The notes: generated from the letters alone by a model not told the origin. A DNA stretch of 64,000 nt from Oikopleura dioica (GCA_907165135.1 OU015570.1:434001-498000); one strand, 5' to 3'. Numbered from the stretch's first letter, positions 1-13,046 are shown. Program-made: numbers and translations.

Positions 1-338
1 TGAAAGCTTGATTTTTCCATATTTTTACCCATTTTATAGGGCTTTTTCCCTTCTACCGCCTCACGTGATTGCGCCACCAAAAATATTCTTTACTCTATAA
101 GAATAACTTTTTGAGCTCTTTCTTCTGAGGTATGAGCTGATCGACCTTGATCAGGCGTTCAAGGTCGTCAAGCTTTTTAGCTTTTCCGAGGCCTGTATCA
201 CGTGACCACGTGACCAGACCAAAAAATTTTCAATAGCAATTTTTTAGTTGGGTCGAACTACATTATGTCCCGAAGTTTCAGCTCTCTACGTTGATGCTTT
301 CTTGGGGTTGATTTTTGCGCGTCGGCCCTAGCTATAAG

Positions 339-2134
339 TAGGGTCCGTACACAAAAATAAAGTACCCGAAATAATAGCTCAATCTTTTTGATTTTCTAAT
401 ATGTTTTAATAATAATACGCCCGCAATTTACAAAAACTGTAAATTTCGCCGATGTTTTGAACGCGGCGCGCAGCGCTCGATCACGCAAGGGAGCGCTTGA
501 TAGAGGGTGGGCGCGCGAATTTGCCGCGAAAAATTTGAGAGCCAGATAAAAAAGCTTTCTTTAAGGACCCCCGTCAACAATTTTCGAAAAATCTATTTTC
601 GGAATTTCAAAATTTTGACCCAGGAAATGGATTCTACGGGTCAAAAAACAATTTTGAGGCTTCATTTTTTGGGGGTCTATCTCGACTCTAACACCCTCAA
701 AATCGCCTTTGAAAATTGGACTATTTGACGAAAAGTGATAAAAATGGCCTATTTTTGCTAGAAAAACAGATTTTTCTTGGTCAAAAATTGCTCCGAACAA
801 GTTTATATGATGTATTAAACTAGAAGTTGAATGATGTACTGGATATTTGGCCGGGCGGCGTTGCCTTGTGCTACTGTAGTTGCTCATGCCTCATGATGGT
901 CAAACACGTTATAGTTTACACTGTAAACTTTACAATTGATTGTATTGATCTCTGGAGAGAGCAGAGTGTATCAAAAGGTAAAGTGTTTCAGAAGTAGTAT
1001 CTTTTGGGTGTCTTTGTATCAGAGTGTCAAGGTCAGAGTGTCAAGAATCAGAGTGTCGAGTTGTGCCGAGGACTCGCGGACATGTAGTTTACGACATTTG
1101 CTCGGGTGCGCCTGTGCACTGGTGAAACCCTTATTCAGCACATCTCTAAAACTTCCAGGTACACTCAGAAGTCAAAATATGGCTGTTTTAAAATTTTCGA
1201 TCTTTTGAGGAAAATTGTTGACGGGGGTCCTTAAGACTTACTAATAGTCTTTTTCTTTCAAAAATAATAATAATTTGGTATAAATAAATAATTAAATAGA
1301 CAAAATAAGGGTGAAGGTAAGGATTTTGAAAATTATAATAAAAACCATAAGAATAAATATAAAAATATATTTAAATTTGGAAAAGGGAGTGGGAGGAGTT
1401 GGGGTTTAAATTTGCCAGGGATGGGGCTGCGACTTTAATTAGAATAAATTATAATTTATAATTAAATCATAATATGAAGTCAAGTTCGTCCTCAACTCCG
1501 AGACGTTCTCTGCACTGAAGATGGTCCTTGACCGAAATCGATCTGCAAAATAAAACTTCATTTCATTTATCAACTCGATGTCAATTACAACAAATCATAA
1601 TATGATTAATTAAAAATAAGATTTAAATTTTATTCAAATTAAAATTTGTTTTTTCTCTTTATTTATAACATTATTTATAGACTTAATTTAAATGAGTTTT
1701 CATTTAATTAATATAAATAAAAAACCTTTTTAATTTTCAAATTATTCTGAGCGTGGTATTTTTCTTTTACGCCGCGCTCACCCTACGACTTCCAAATAAG
1801 GAAAGTGAGGCGCTGCACGCGCGGCACGCCGCAAAAAGGCTCATTCTTGAGCTTTCTTCGGCAATTTGAACATGTTCTCGTCGTGTTTCAAACTTTTTTA
1901 TTGAAGATAAAAATAAAAATCCCCCTTTTTACATAATTTAAAATTATAAAATTTTTTGAAATCGATGGAGAAGGCTATTTTTAGCATATTTTGGCGATTT
2001 ACTCCTCAACCCTTTTTCAAAATTTATGAAAAAATATGTTTTTATATTTGTGTAGGGCATTGAATTAACCCCTTAAAATTTTAAATCATTTACTTGACGG
2101 ATAAAAAAGTTAGAATTTTTGTGTACGGACCCTA
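339..2134. mobile_element. Non-autonomous hAT-type element (TAGGG termini)
   Basis: 20-bp perfect TIR TAGGGTCCGTACACAAAAAT at both ends; 8-bp TSD GCTATAAG (331-338, 2135-2142). Confidence 0.85.
565..1230. mobile_element. TTAA-flanked MITE with GG...CC ends (Kolobok-like), nested in 339-2134
   Basis: 21-bp TIR GGACCCCCGTCAACAATTTTC; TTAA at 561-564 and 1231-1234. Superfamily inferred from RR...YY ends plus TTAA. Confidence 0.75.
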
Positions 2135-4540
2135 GCTATAAGTTAAAGCTCGAATTTGGGTGAGAAATTTTTATCTCCAATTTTGCTGATAAGGGGCTTG
2201 AATGAAAGCTTATGGCCTCAGGCCATTGGCCTGATTAACATCGTGGTAAAGCTTAAAATCGCCCGAAAAATAAAATCCATTTCAAAATCGAGGTAAATGG
2301 ACGCTTACCAAGCGAAAATGCAAGATTTGCGAAGACGAGTCCATACTTTTCAAAATTTTGTTAAAATATCTTCGAAATCGAAAAGTCTGCTCTGTCACGA
2401 TTGCAGAGGTAGCTTAAAACTATATAAATTCAAAGAGAAAAATGTAGTTCAAATAAAGATTTTCGCCAGAATAAAGCGTTGAAATTGGCCATATTAGGCC
2501 GAGACGCCAACTCTGACGACATTTTTTCTGGAAAATTTTTTGAAATTAAAAAATGTGCTCTGTCATGATCCGATCTATCGAATAAGCTTTTACAAAGCTT
2601 CTTTTATTAGGAATAAAGGGAAGTAATTTACCCTCAAAATGGCCAACTCGACCCGAGTAGCGAAAACTGGAATTACTCAGTAACCGCTCGTCTGATATTC
2701 TTTAGATTTACAGAGAGTACTATGAGTAATTATGAAGGTTAAAATTTTTAATTGCTAACAAACTAAGTTTTTGACAAGGAAATGGTCTGATTCGATTAAC
2801 CTTCATCAAAAACCTAGAGTTACCTTGCCTTAGTAACTCAAACATACAAAATGGTTCGTTTCTACGGTTAAAATCTCAGCGGAGTAGGCCAGACCTCATA
2901 CGGTGTCAGGTGCAACTGAGATGCGATAAAACTTCCATTTTTGCACAATTTAATGACAAAGCATGAACTAACTCACACATAAATTTTCATTGTAATCGGA
3001 TGTATTGTTTAGGAGTTCCGGGGCCCCAAAGTCTTAAATGACATTTGAATGTACGATTCGTTCCACTCGGTTCACTAATGCACGCGCGGCGGAGCTGAGT
3101 GCGGAGCTCGGTGCGGGTGGTCTCTAATTGATTGGCTTCTTAGGAAAAATTTCAGCCCAGACTATAAGTAATTTTTTGCTGACTTTGAAAATCGAAAATT
3201 TAGATTCTTAACTTAAAAATCTGCAAAAAACCCTTGTCAGCAAGGTCTTTATTATTTAATAGAAAGACTCACTGCCTTAAAATAAAGATCTAGTCTTTTC
3301 GCAAAAACACACTCCCGCGGTCAGCCGTTCTTTGTTAACATTATTTAGAACGACCGTCGTTTTAACGACTCCGTCGGAGAATAAGCAAGAGTATTATATA
3401 TTCCTGAAAGTGAAAATGAGGAAGACGATGAAATCGGGAGAAGAACAGGAAAATTTGATAAAAATGCGATATCTATTCCATTGAATTGTTGACATTGACC
3501 GGTGACGGTCCGGTTAGACTCTATGCAAAGAATATTTTTGTATCTTTAAATCTGCAAAGATGAAAGGTTGCATACCGTGGTTTTCCATATTAAGAGCGCC
3601 CAACTTGAGAGCGTTTTTGCCAATATTTTCCATATTTTGTCATCTTAGAAAATCCAAATTTTAGAGCGTTTTTGGGAATTTTTAATTAATTATAAGAATA
3701 ACGTTTATTTCAACCTAAAAAATCATTGAAAAATTGTTTTTACGCTATTTTTTAGGTGAAATCATAGCCTCTGATTCAAAAATCGTAAATTTTTTATCAT
3801 AAATAGGTAAAAATGACCTCAGATGCATTTTTAGAGTTTTGAAAAAAGTTCATTTTATGCATTTTCATTCATCATTTTTTTCCCACTGACATCCTAGTTT
3901 GATCGTAAATTTTCCAACTTAAGAGCGTTTTGGTCTACCCTTGTCATCAGAAAAACGCTCTAAAGATGGAAACCGACGGAACAACATCCCCCAGATGCCT
4001 ATTTATATACAGATGGGACCCAGAATTCCGTACACCCAGGATTCCTCCTCGAGATTTCTCGGGTGCACCCGCCTTTTGCATTTGAGTAAAGAACTCTGTG
4101 TTGGAGCTCCTTTCGGCAGATCTCTTTGCCGCGTCGTGTGATTCACCGAGTCCCCAGAAAATCGGCCCAACGAGCAGCTTTAAGGCCTTAAAATCAATTT
4201 AGGGGCTTAACTAGGTTTTCCCCTTCTTCAAGTGGAAATAACTTTTTCAAACAGTGATTCCGAGGTGATCCCCTTAAGATTTCAGAAAAAATTTTTGCTC
4301 TTTGCGTAGCCCGATAGTTGGTCTAGGGCACTAAAAGTGAAAACACACTCGTTCACTTCTTAACTTCTCAATACACGGGGTCGGTAAAACTAAATGCGCC
4401 AAGTACGTAGATTCTCTAGACAAAATTCATTGTTGTTTTCTTTTCTCATTCCACTGCTCAGTGTGCTAAGAGAAATCATCACTCACACATGGTATATTTA
4501 CTGTATAATCCAAAAATCCAACTGTTTGTTTCAGCCACTC

Positions 4541-4576
4541 TTTTTCTGAAGATGCCGAAAGGCGAAAGCTAAGAAA
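4541..4576 (+). ncRNA. Orphan minimal type I hammerhead-like motif (probable Penelope pLTR remnant)
   Basis: TTTTT-CTGAAGA-T-GCC GAAA GGC-GAAA-GCT-A-AGAAA followed by AATAAA; stem III reduced to the palindrome AGCT. Confidence 0.5.
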
Positions 4577-4821
4577 TAAAACTGATCCACTCATATCAAA
4601 ATGACGTCAAAAACTTCTGATCTATTGAAAAATAAAATCGGTCGAGAACTCCTTGAGAACAGCTTCTAAACGCGCGCTTTCGGCGTTTCTTTCATCTTCT
4701 GTCAATGGGCCATTGACAATGGCTGTGTGTTGCTTATCGCCTTAAAAATGTAAGATATTTATCTTATGGAATGAATACCTTGGTAATGGAAAAATGGTAG
4801 CGTTAAATGATACGATTGATA

Positions 4822-6575
4822 CCGTGGGCGACAGATTTCACGACGGAGTCTGTGGGGCCGGCCGTGAATTTTGACTGTTTTGCGCGCATTCTAGCATTTT
4901 CTCACGCCTAATGGAGGACTTTTATCTGGTGGAAGACCGGCCTCCCTGGAAGACGAGTGATTATTAGATGTTTATCATTTATCTTTCGATAAATTCCTTT
5001 GACTTGTTCAGAAATTGTTCACAAATTGATCACATGACCCTTAAGGACCTAGAGGAGGACTTTCTTCTTGGAAGCCCATTTCAATTTTAAAGCAAGGGAC
5101 GGGGCTGAGACGGCCCGAAGGGTTAGGGTAAGTATACGTTTATTTTTAATGATAAATAAACGTGTTAATTATTATCGAAGGAAGAGTAAGTTTCCTAGGT
5201 CAATTATTGATAGAGGTGATAGGGGTTGTTATTGTTCTTCGCGGAGGACCCACTCCCACTTGGCGCAATTTGCGCGCCAAAAAGAGCAAAAGATCGGGGC
5301 AAAAAAAAACACGCGCATATGCCAATGCAGGGCTGGATATTTTGAAATCAACAAAAATCTCAAACCCCGAAAAAAACATAAATCATCATCTCAACCATTT
5401 CAAAAATGAGATCTCAGCTAATTTTCTGTCTGAGATTGTACTGCTTGCTTCTATTTTGCAAGTGACAAAGAAAAAGGAAACAAAAGTTTTGATCTCGTGG
5501 TTTATTGACACTCAAATTTAACTCTGGGAGTGTAGTTAATAATGTGTGCACAGTGAACAGTTTATATAGAGATCCGTGGAGGATGACGGAATTTCGTGGA
5601 GGAGCTTCGAAATCCGAGGAGGAGCATTAAAAACCAAGGAGGAGCACGGAAAACGGAGGAGTTTGGTTTTTACAGCACCTGCGCGCTCGCTGCTTGGCTA
5701 GTCACGCTGTACTGTATTGGTCAGGTACAGTGCGCCGCATGCGCTCTTCGCGCGCCAAGGGCAAGCTCGCTTTCAGAATGAAGGTGCAAAAGTCATACAA
5801 TAGAATAAAGCACTACAAGATCTCAATTTTCAATTTTGCAAAAAAATGGGACATCGTGACATTTCCCTGGCACACCTTTTCAGGCAAGCTACCTTACCGC
5901 GGTAACCCTAATTAACCCTAGCCTATCCCCCTCGTGTGAATTTGATCTGTCATTTTGCCCGGTGCCCCTAACCCTAGCATTTATTTACATAAAGTACTTG
6001 ATGATAAATATATTGAGGAAATCGGCGTAACTCCTTGGGATAAAAGTCTTGGCGAGAGAAATTGAACTGAGCGGGCTCTCTCCCGAGCGCCACTAGCGAG
6101 CGCAGGTATTTGAGGCCCAGTCGCGCGGTGTGGTAGGTGTGCCAGGGAAATGTCACAACCTCCAAAAAAATGGCATTTGAAATGCTGAGATCTCAATAAT
6201 CTCACAAAATGGCGCGAGTTGTATACATGCGTTGCAATGAAATGAGATTTGAGATTCTGAGATTTCAAGCATTTCAGATCCATCTGAACCAATCACATGT
6301 CTTGTTCTAAGCGCGCAAAGTTTACCCGCGGCCCGTGCGCGGTTTGCAAAATTTTGAGATTTGAGATCTTGAGATCTCAGCCATCTCAAGAATGGAAAAA
6401 ATTATGACGAGGGTTTTGCAATAATTTGAGATTTGAGATTTGTTGAGATGGTGCAAAATTTTGAGATAGAAATGAGATTTCACAAAAATATTGATTTGAA
6501 ATTTTTGCTGATTTCAAAATATCCAGCCCTGTGCCAATGTATTTCGAGCTCCGTCGTAAAATTTGCCGCTCTCGG
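4822..6575. mobile_element. TA-flanked TIR element (family F, copy 1) with nested hAT MITE
   Basis: Imperfect TIR CCG(T/A)G(G/A)GCG(A/G)CA...ACGACGGAG; TA flanks; homologous to 27788-28566. Confidence 0.7.
5328..6531. mobile_element. hAT-type MITE
   Basis: 23-bp perfect TIR CAGGGCTGGATATTTTGAAATCA; 8-bp TSD TGCCAATG (5320-5327, 6532-6539); subterminal GAGAT repeats. Confidence 0.9.
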
Positions 6576-6579
6576 TATT

Positions 6580-6980
6580 ATTTTTACTAAATTGTAAAGC
6601 TTTTATCTCATCGTTTTCTTTAAACAGCTCTGATTTTTGAATTTCTTCAAGTATGAGCAACAGTCCAACTGAACCTTCCACGTCAGTTTTTGAAGACTTG
6701 ATTCGTTCCATAACCATCTTTTCGAATTCCTTCTTTGAGTCGGATTACTTGTAGGAAATTCAACATATTTTTCATCGAAATACTTCGCTCCAAGGTTTTT
6801 CCAATCGTTGAATTGAGGGAGATTTTTTCCAAATTTCTTTTTGTAGTCGTCACTGACTGTTTTGTATTTTTGATTAAACTTTACGATTTGTTAAATAAAT
6901 TCCTTCTTCTGTTCAATTTTTACATCCCTTCGCAATTCGCCTAACTTTTTTGTCGGATTAAACTTTCTCTTTTTGGTCAT
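6580..6980 (-). pseudogene. Decayed pogo/Tigger-like transposase N-terminus (HTH region)
   Basis: MTKKRKF...VKIEQKKEFI*QIVK...KKKFG then, after a frameshift, EFEKMVMERI...KALQFSKN; resembles CENP-B/Tc5 HTH domains. Lies inside the TA/CAG TIR element and is truncated by family F. Confidence 0.4.
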
Positions 6981-8195
6981 ATTGATAGTTTTGTTAATTT
7001 ACAAATGATAAGCAAGAAAACAATCTTCGAATTTGCTGACGACTTTAGAGTTTAGAGACACTTTGAATTTAAGTCCGAGCAACCTGCAATAGAACAACAA
7101 ACATAAAAACCGATTTTATATTTACGGCAATTTTCGGGGAATTCGGCCACAAAAAATGTACGGAATTCTGGGTCCCATCTGTAGTTGCTGTTTGTACTAT
7201 CACTGATAGTCTATCAGGCATTCTGTCTATTTCAAGTCCAATGGTGACAAATCTTTCCAATGGTGCAGGTTTTATGAAGATTGAAAAATGATTGCAGGCG
7301 CTGAAACTTTTTAAAGTTGCGCTTCCTCTTTTTCACCTTCCTCCTTAACAAGTGATGTTAGAAAAAAACTGAAAAATGGATAAAAATAGCTGAATATCTG
7401 TAGATATCATAAGCAAAATAAATTAAAAAAATTCTTTTCACAAGAGTAACGGCGGACGCGTGAAATTGAACTCGGCGTAACCTAACCGAGTTCCTTGACA
7501 AATTAAAGCCAGCCCTCTCGCTCGATCTAAAAGGGCTTTCTCCCGGATCATTTAAGTTTTTTGTCCTTGCGAAGATTTGTTCCGGATGAAGATCAATCGG
7601 CTATTTTCTTTATTTTTGTAGCTTTAAAGTAGTTGATATAAAAATAAATACTTTCTTCGTTAGCCTTGAAAACAAATACTTTGGGCACCTGATTAAATGT
7701 CGCTTTTTTGGTCCTTAATTTCTGAAAAAAAACACACTTTATTTGAATCGAATGGTTACCAATATCAAATTCGAATTTGTTAAAACTCTTTATTTTTTCT
7801 CGTATCTTAAGGTATTTTTCTGGTTATTGGCACAAATTTTGAGCTTTATTACTTAGAATAACATCGAAAATAGTCCTTTTTACTCATAAAAAATCAATTG
7901 AAAAATGACTAAGAATTTTTGGAAATTTGGCATGGAATTTATAGAACGTGCTGTTTTAACGGTATGTTTTAAAAATTTAAAAAATTGCAATGCTAGCGAA
8001 ATTTGGTGGAAAAAACAATGTTGTTCGAAAATGGAGCACTAACTTGAATTTGCGGGTTCCAGCTTTTTGAAAAAACGACACTTAATTGGGCGACACTGAG
8101 TCGGGTACTTGAGGTGTGTCCGAAATAGAAATTAAATTTGACGAGGAACGTATAAATCACGACAAACAGAGCGCGAAAAAAACTCAATTATTAAG

Positions 8196-8771
8196 AAAGT
8201 TGGAGGTTTTTATGAGACAATGATGAATAAAGAAGGCATCGAGGAAGATTTTAAGACACTTGAAGGTGTTCTATTAGAATCAATACAAACTCTCCCTCAA
8301 TTTATTGACAAAATACATTCGCCAGAAGTAATTAAGAGCTTTATTCTTGAACAAATGGATAGACTTCCTCCTACAACTCAGCATATCTGTAAATGTGCTG
8401 CACTTGTGGGGACATATTTTTCGAGACAAATTATATTGAATATAAATTCTAGTATAAAGCCCGCAAAGATAAACCAGGCATTCCGAGAGCTTATTGAAGC
8501 TCAAATTATTGAGCCTATCGCGTCCCTTCTCGATGAATCAAGTGTTAGCTCAGATAAAAATGAGCATAAACCTTCAAAAATGGATCTCCTCGAAGTCAAC
8601 AATTTTCAAGATGAAGATGACCGAAGAGGAAACTCTTTTACAGATAAAATTGAATTAAAAAGAGGTTTTGACTGTGATCATCTACGTTTTAAAAATAATT
8701 TCTACAGGGAATGTATTGATCAACTTTGGCTTAATCAACATCGTAATGACCTTCATTCTTTGTCTGCACAG
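8196..8771 (+). CDS. ADCY10: Internal exon of a soluble adenylyl cyclase type 10-like host gene (post-P-loop region)
   Basis: PEVIKSFILEQMDRLPPTTQHICKCAALVGTYFS...LIEAQII...LRFKNNFYRECIDQLWLNQHRNDLH matches the recalled ADCY10 pattern (P..K...L.QLD...CAA.IG..F...RF.N......LWL..R...H). Exon edges inferred (TTAAG acceptor, CAG/GA donor). Confidence 0.8.
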
Positions 8772-9017
8772 GAAAATTCTACATAAATTCCAAAGATATT
8801 TTATCAAACTTATACGCCCTTTATTTAAAATCAAAATTTTTGCTTCTTTTGCTTTTTTGCTTTATAAATGTTGAATGATTAAGGTTTTTCTAAAGATGAG
8901 GCGAGGATCACACGAAAAGGAACAATAATTATGAGACATTTTTCTATGTGACCAGCCGTCTGCAATCTGGCATTCGACGACAGAGCCCCTTTCGCCAGAT
9001 CTGTAAAATCCGTAAAT

Positions 9018-9716
9018 CAGGGGTCTGGATTTTGCCCCAAAGTGAAAAGCGAAAGCGAAGCGAAGGCGAAAATTTTTTAAAAAATTTTAGCGAAAGCGAA
9101 GTGAAGCGAATTAAAATTTTAAAAGCGAAAGCGAAAATTTTCTTTGGAAAGCGAAAAAAAGCGAAATTTTTTCATCATTTTTTGGATGAATAAAATTCTT
9201 TTTTTTCTTTATACTCAGGGCTAAAAAAAGATGAACAAGGTAGATTTTACTCATTCGGAGGTTTAAGAATCCTACATTTTAGGTGACAGAAGATTTTTGG
9301 ACTGCTTTCTTCAGCCTTCAACTAAAACATAAATCGGAAAATGACCAAGAATTCCTCTAGGGACTTGACACGGTTCAATACTAGTGATCACAATGTCGCA
9401 GATGAGCTCAATTCTCACAGATGTCTTGTACACTTGTGCTCCTTCCGACTCAAATTGAAACTTCTGCTCATGTTTATGATTTGTCTTAATCCTAGTGGCT
9501 GGATATGACCAAAAATGATGGTTTTAGGGGTTTCGAGAAGAAAGCTTTGGATTTATTTGAAAAGATTTTAATATCAAATAAATTATCAAATAATAGCTAA
9601 TCGAAATTTTTTTGAAAAGCGAAAGCGAAGCTAAGCCAATTGAAATTTTCAAAAGCGAAAGCGAAGCGAAGCGAATTCGCTATATGGCGATTTCGCAAAG
9701 CGAATCCAGACCCCTG
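9018..9716. mobile_element. CAGGGG-ended MITE with AGCGAA subterminal repeats
   Basis: 14-bp TIR CAGGGGTCTGGATT; flanking duplication CGTAAAT (7 bp). Second left end at 62024. Confidence 0.8.
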
Positions 9717-9766
9717 CGTAAATGGCATCAAAGGCAACATAGGAAGGGGGTCCACTACTGAGGGGT

Positions 9767-10043
9767 GGAAAATGAGTCTTCCTTCCCATTCGTGTTTCTC
9801 TATGCAAGTAAGACACCGAGTTGCTGATATGTGTGTTGTTTATTCCATATATCACTGTGTGTACGTAGACTCTGTGCAGATAAGTGTGTTGTGGACGTTC
9901 TAATAGTACCCTGATAGGAAGGAAAATGAGTCTTCCTTCTCATTCGTATTTCTCTATGCAAGTAAGACACCGAGTTTCCGATATGTGGGTTGTTTATTCC
10001 ATATATCACTGTGTGTATGTAGACTCTGTGCAGATAAGTGTGT
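9767..10043. repeat. Direct duplication of a 123-bp unit
   Basis: 9767-9889 and 9921-10043 (GGAAAATGAGTCTTCC...GATAAGTGTGT) differ by a few substitutions. Confidence 0.9.
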
Positions 10044-11214
10044 CTAAATGTGAAGTGAGCCGTAACGGTAAAGTAAGTCTTGTAACCTCGTAGTCTTAGA
10101 GTAAGAGATACAGTAAGTAGATCAGTTAAAAAGTAGGTTTAAGTGTGTAGCATGGTGGGTAACTATAGGGACAATCGAAGAGCGTCATAGGACTGACGCA
10201 AATTGGGAAGAGGGTATTCTTTACCCCTACATAGCCTAGTGGGTAACCATATAGACAATCAAAGAGCGTCAAAGAATTGACGCAAATTGGGAAGAGTGTA
10301 TTCTTTACCCGAACAACTACTGCTTCTTTGGAAGGTTGCAATAAGCCTGGGTCAGGGTTCCAATTTTTCTCAAAAAATATTTGAGCGGAGCAAGCGACTG
10401 AGCGGTCAACCAAAAAAAAATATTTAGCTGAGCGAGCGGCTAAGTGGACGGCCGAAAAAAAAATTTGAGCGAGCGAGCGGACTTTGAGCAGATTTTTTTT
10501 AATGAAAAAAATATTTTTTTTCTTTCCATTTAATAATATTTCGACAAAGGCCAGTAGATTTGACCACAGTACAAACCGAGATCTGTCCGCGCAACAAAAG
10601 ATGAAGATATCGAGCAATTGCTCTGGTTTCTTCCTTGGTCAATGATCATTTTCGGCGCTCTTGGTTTTTGAAACCTTTTCTAGCTGATTTGCGGACATCG
10701 CCGCGGACGACGCGCGGACGACGCCGCCTCAAGCGATTCGATCATCTTCTTTCTTATAGGTGATGAGAAAAGAGGGTCGAAAATCTGTAAAAAGAATCAG
10801 GAGGTCAAGAGTAGACAGCTAACCACGGAGGGTCCATTCGCACACCCAAGCATAACCCTTTCCTTTTTTCTGAAAGACTGAAAAATAACGCGCAAGGAAG
10901 CTTATAAGGAAGCGAAAGAGCGCTGAAAAAGTGATTGAAAAAATGGGGAATTTTCGATTGAAAAAGGATCGGGGGGTCAAGGGTAGACAGCTTACCACAA
11001 AGGGTCCACTTCACACACCCCTGCATAACTGTCTCCTTTACAATAAGGGTATGTATGATTTCAGGTTAAAAAAAGGGACTGGAAGGCCAAGGGTAGACGG
11101 GAATAGGGTTCTGAGTTTTTCTCTGGCATTCCTCCAATAGAAAGGAAGCTTTTTAGCATCTTCCAATCAGAGCATAAAATGGTCTGACTAGCTCTGAGTG
11201 ATCATTTCGGTCGA

Positions 11215-11602
11215 CACTGGTTATGTCGCCGAATGTCGCCGAATGTCGCCGAATGTCGCCACCTATTTTTAAAACCAGGATTTTTGGAAAGAAAACTGGT
11301 TTTTAACCCAAAAATTTCCAAACAAACTTGTTCTAGAACTGTTTTGGCATGATTTCGAGACAAGGAAGCGCTCCGCGCAATTTGTGGTAGGAAACTCACT
11401 CGTCGGGCTGGACACACTTCTATTGCCGCGCCTCCTCCTATTTCCGCCGTTTTCGGTTCTAGAACAAGTTTGTTTTGAAAATATGAGCCAAAAAAACAAT
11501 TTTTCTTTTATAATTCCTATCTTTTCGAAAATAAGTGGCGACATTCGGCGACATTCGGCGACATTCAGCGACATTCGGCGACATTCGGCGACATAACCAG
11601 TG
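11215..11602. mobile_element. CACTG...CAGTG MITE with 10-bp subterminal tandem repeats (AATGTCGCCG)
   Basis: Long TIR CACTGGTTATGTCGCCGAATGTCGCC; no TSD found. Confidence 0.75.
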
Positions 11603-13046
11603 CGCCCCATCATTTCGCGATGCGGTCGCAGGCGACCCATAGAATTGCGAGGAAAATGAGGTGTTGGGCGCCCAGGTTCAATCTGTGTGAACCCGGTTCA
11701 CAAAATTATTAAAAGCACGAAATCAGGGGTCTTTATGCGCTCCGCGCCTGATTTTAATAAAAACTCATTTTTGACGGTATGAGCTTTCTCTACAACCGCG
11801 CCACCAGTCAATTTGAGTCACTTTCTTGACCGAAATTGTGAACCGGGATCACAAAATTGTGAACTACAGTCACTGCTCACGTTTGTTAACAGGGATAGAG
11901 CGCCGCTGATTCTGTCGAAATCCGGTTTTAATCAGCTGTACTGATCTATCTGTGATCCGGATCGAGCTGAAAAATGTAATGTGTATTCACACTGGTATTA
12001 AGCACCGCTGACCAAAAAAGAGCGCGCTAATCCCTTTTGGTGGCGCTTGGTACCGGATTAATCACTTTCTGCACCAACGTGAAAGTACGTGCGATAACCT
12101 TCCGACAATTATTTCGGATCAAAGAATCGGATTTATTTCGTTCAAAAAGGTACATATAGGTTTTCAAATGCGTAGAATTCAAATAAGATATTTACAATTA
12201 GATAAAATGAAGAAAAGCTTGTCTGGGCTAGGAATCGAAGTGATGACTTCAAGTGGTGAGAGTTTTTAAGTCTTTTTCAAGAAACTCTGTGATCTCTTCA
12301 TCGGAAAGAAATCTCTCAGCTTCATTCTCATTTTCATTTTCGGAGTCAGACATTATTGAAAAACAAGCGCGTAAAGAATGGTAATACAGGTAGCAAAAAC
12401 GGAAGCATTTAAACATCATGCAGTAATCCTGCTAAAACCCTGGCCTAATTAATTGGTTCAGTCTATTTCCATTCAAATATTGTCATGAAGATTTGGAAAT
12501 TAGCGCGTTGCTAAAAATAGATAGAACGGTGCTTGTTAAATTGGGTCAGACCAAATAAATCATGTTCTACTCATGCTAGAGAAAAACAAAGACCACCATG
12601 TGAAAGAGCACGTTTCAATTAGTAGAAGTACTAATTTTCAATAAATTATCTCATCAGGAAGGCCATTTCGACAAAAAATGTCGACTTAGACTCGTGCAGT
12701 GTTGGAAAACCCGCAACATTTCCCGCGGGCGCGGGCGGACGCGGGGGCCGATTTCAAAATTTTCCGCGGTTGCGGGCGGGCGCGGCGGCCGATTCCTAAA
12801 TTTCCTGCGGGTCCGGGCGGGCGCGGGGGCCAACTCAAAAATTTCGTGCGGGGCCGGGCGGGCGCGGGCGGGGGCCCCGCAGATTTCCGCGCCCGCGGGC
12901 GCCCGGGGGTTGAGGGCGCCCGTTACCCTCGCGCCCGCAAGCCCCGCGGGTTCAGAAATCAGCAAATAAAAAAATAATAATAAAAAATAATTTTTGATAA
13001 AAACCATAATAGAGTGATAAACTAAGATAATTTGAATTTTTCAAAC

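Larger units (their letters stand above)
4010..7181 (-). mobile_element. Tc1/mariner-pogo-type element with nested insertions
   Basis: 25-bp perfect TIR CAGATGGGACCCAGAATTCCGTACA (4010-4034, 7157-7181); TA on both flanks. Confidence 0.8.

Noticed and set aside
876-1097. Possible solo LTR (TGTAG...CGACA)
   Set aside because: No TSD, PBS or PPT and no second copy in the window.
12260-12352. MSDSENENENEAERFLSDEEITEFLEKD, piggyBac-like acidic N-terminus on the minus strand
   Set aside because: Short, low complexity, followed by stops, and no matching TIRs found.
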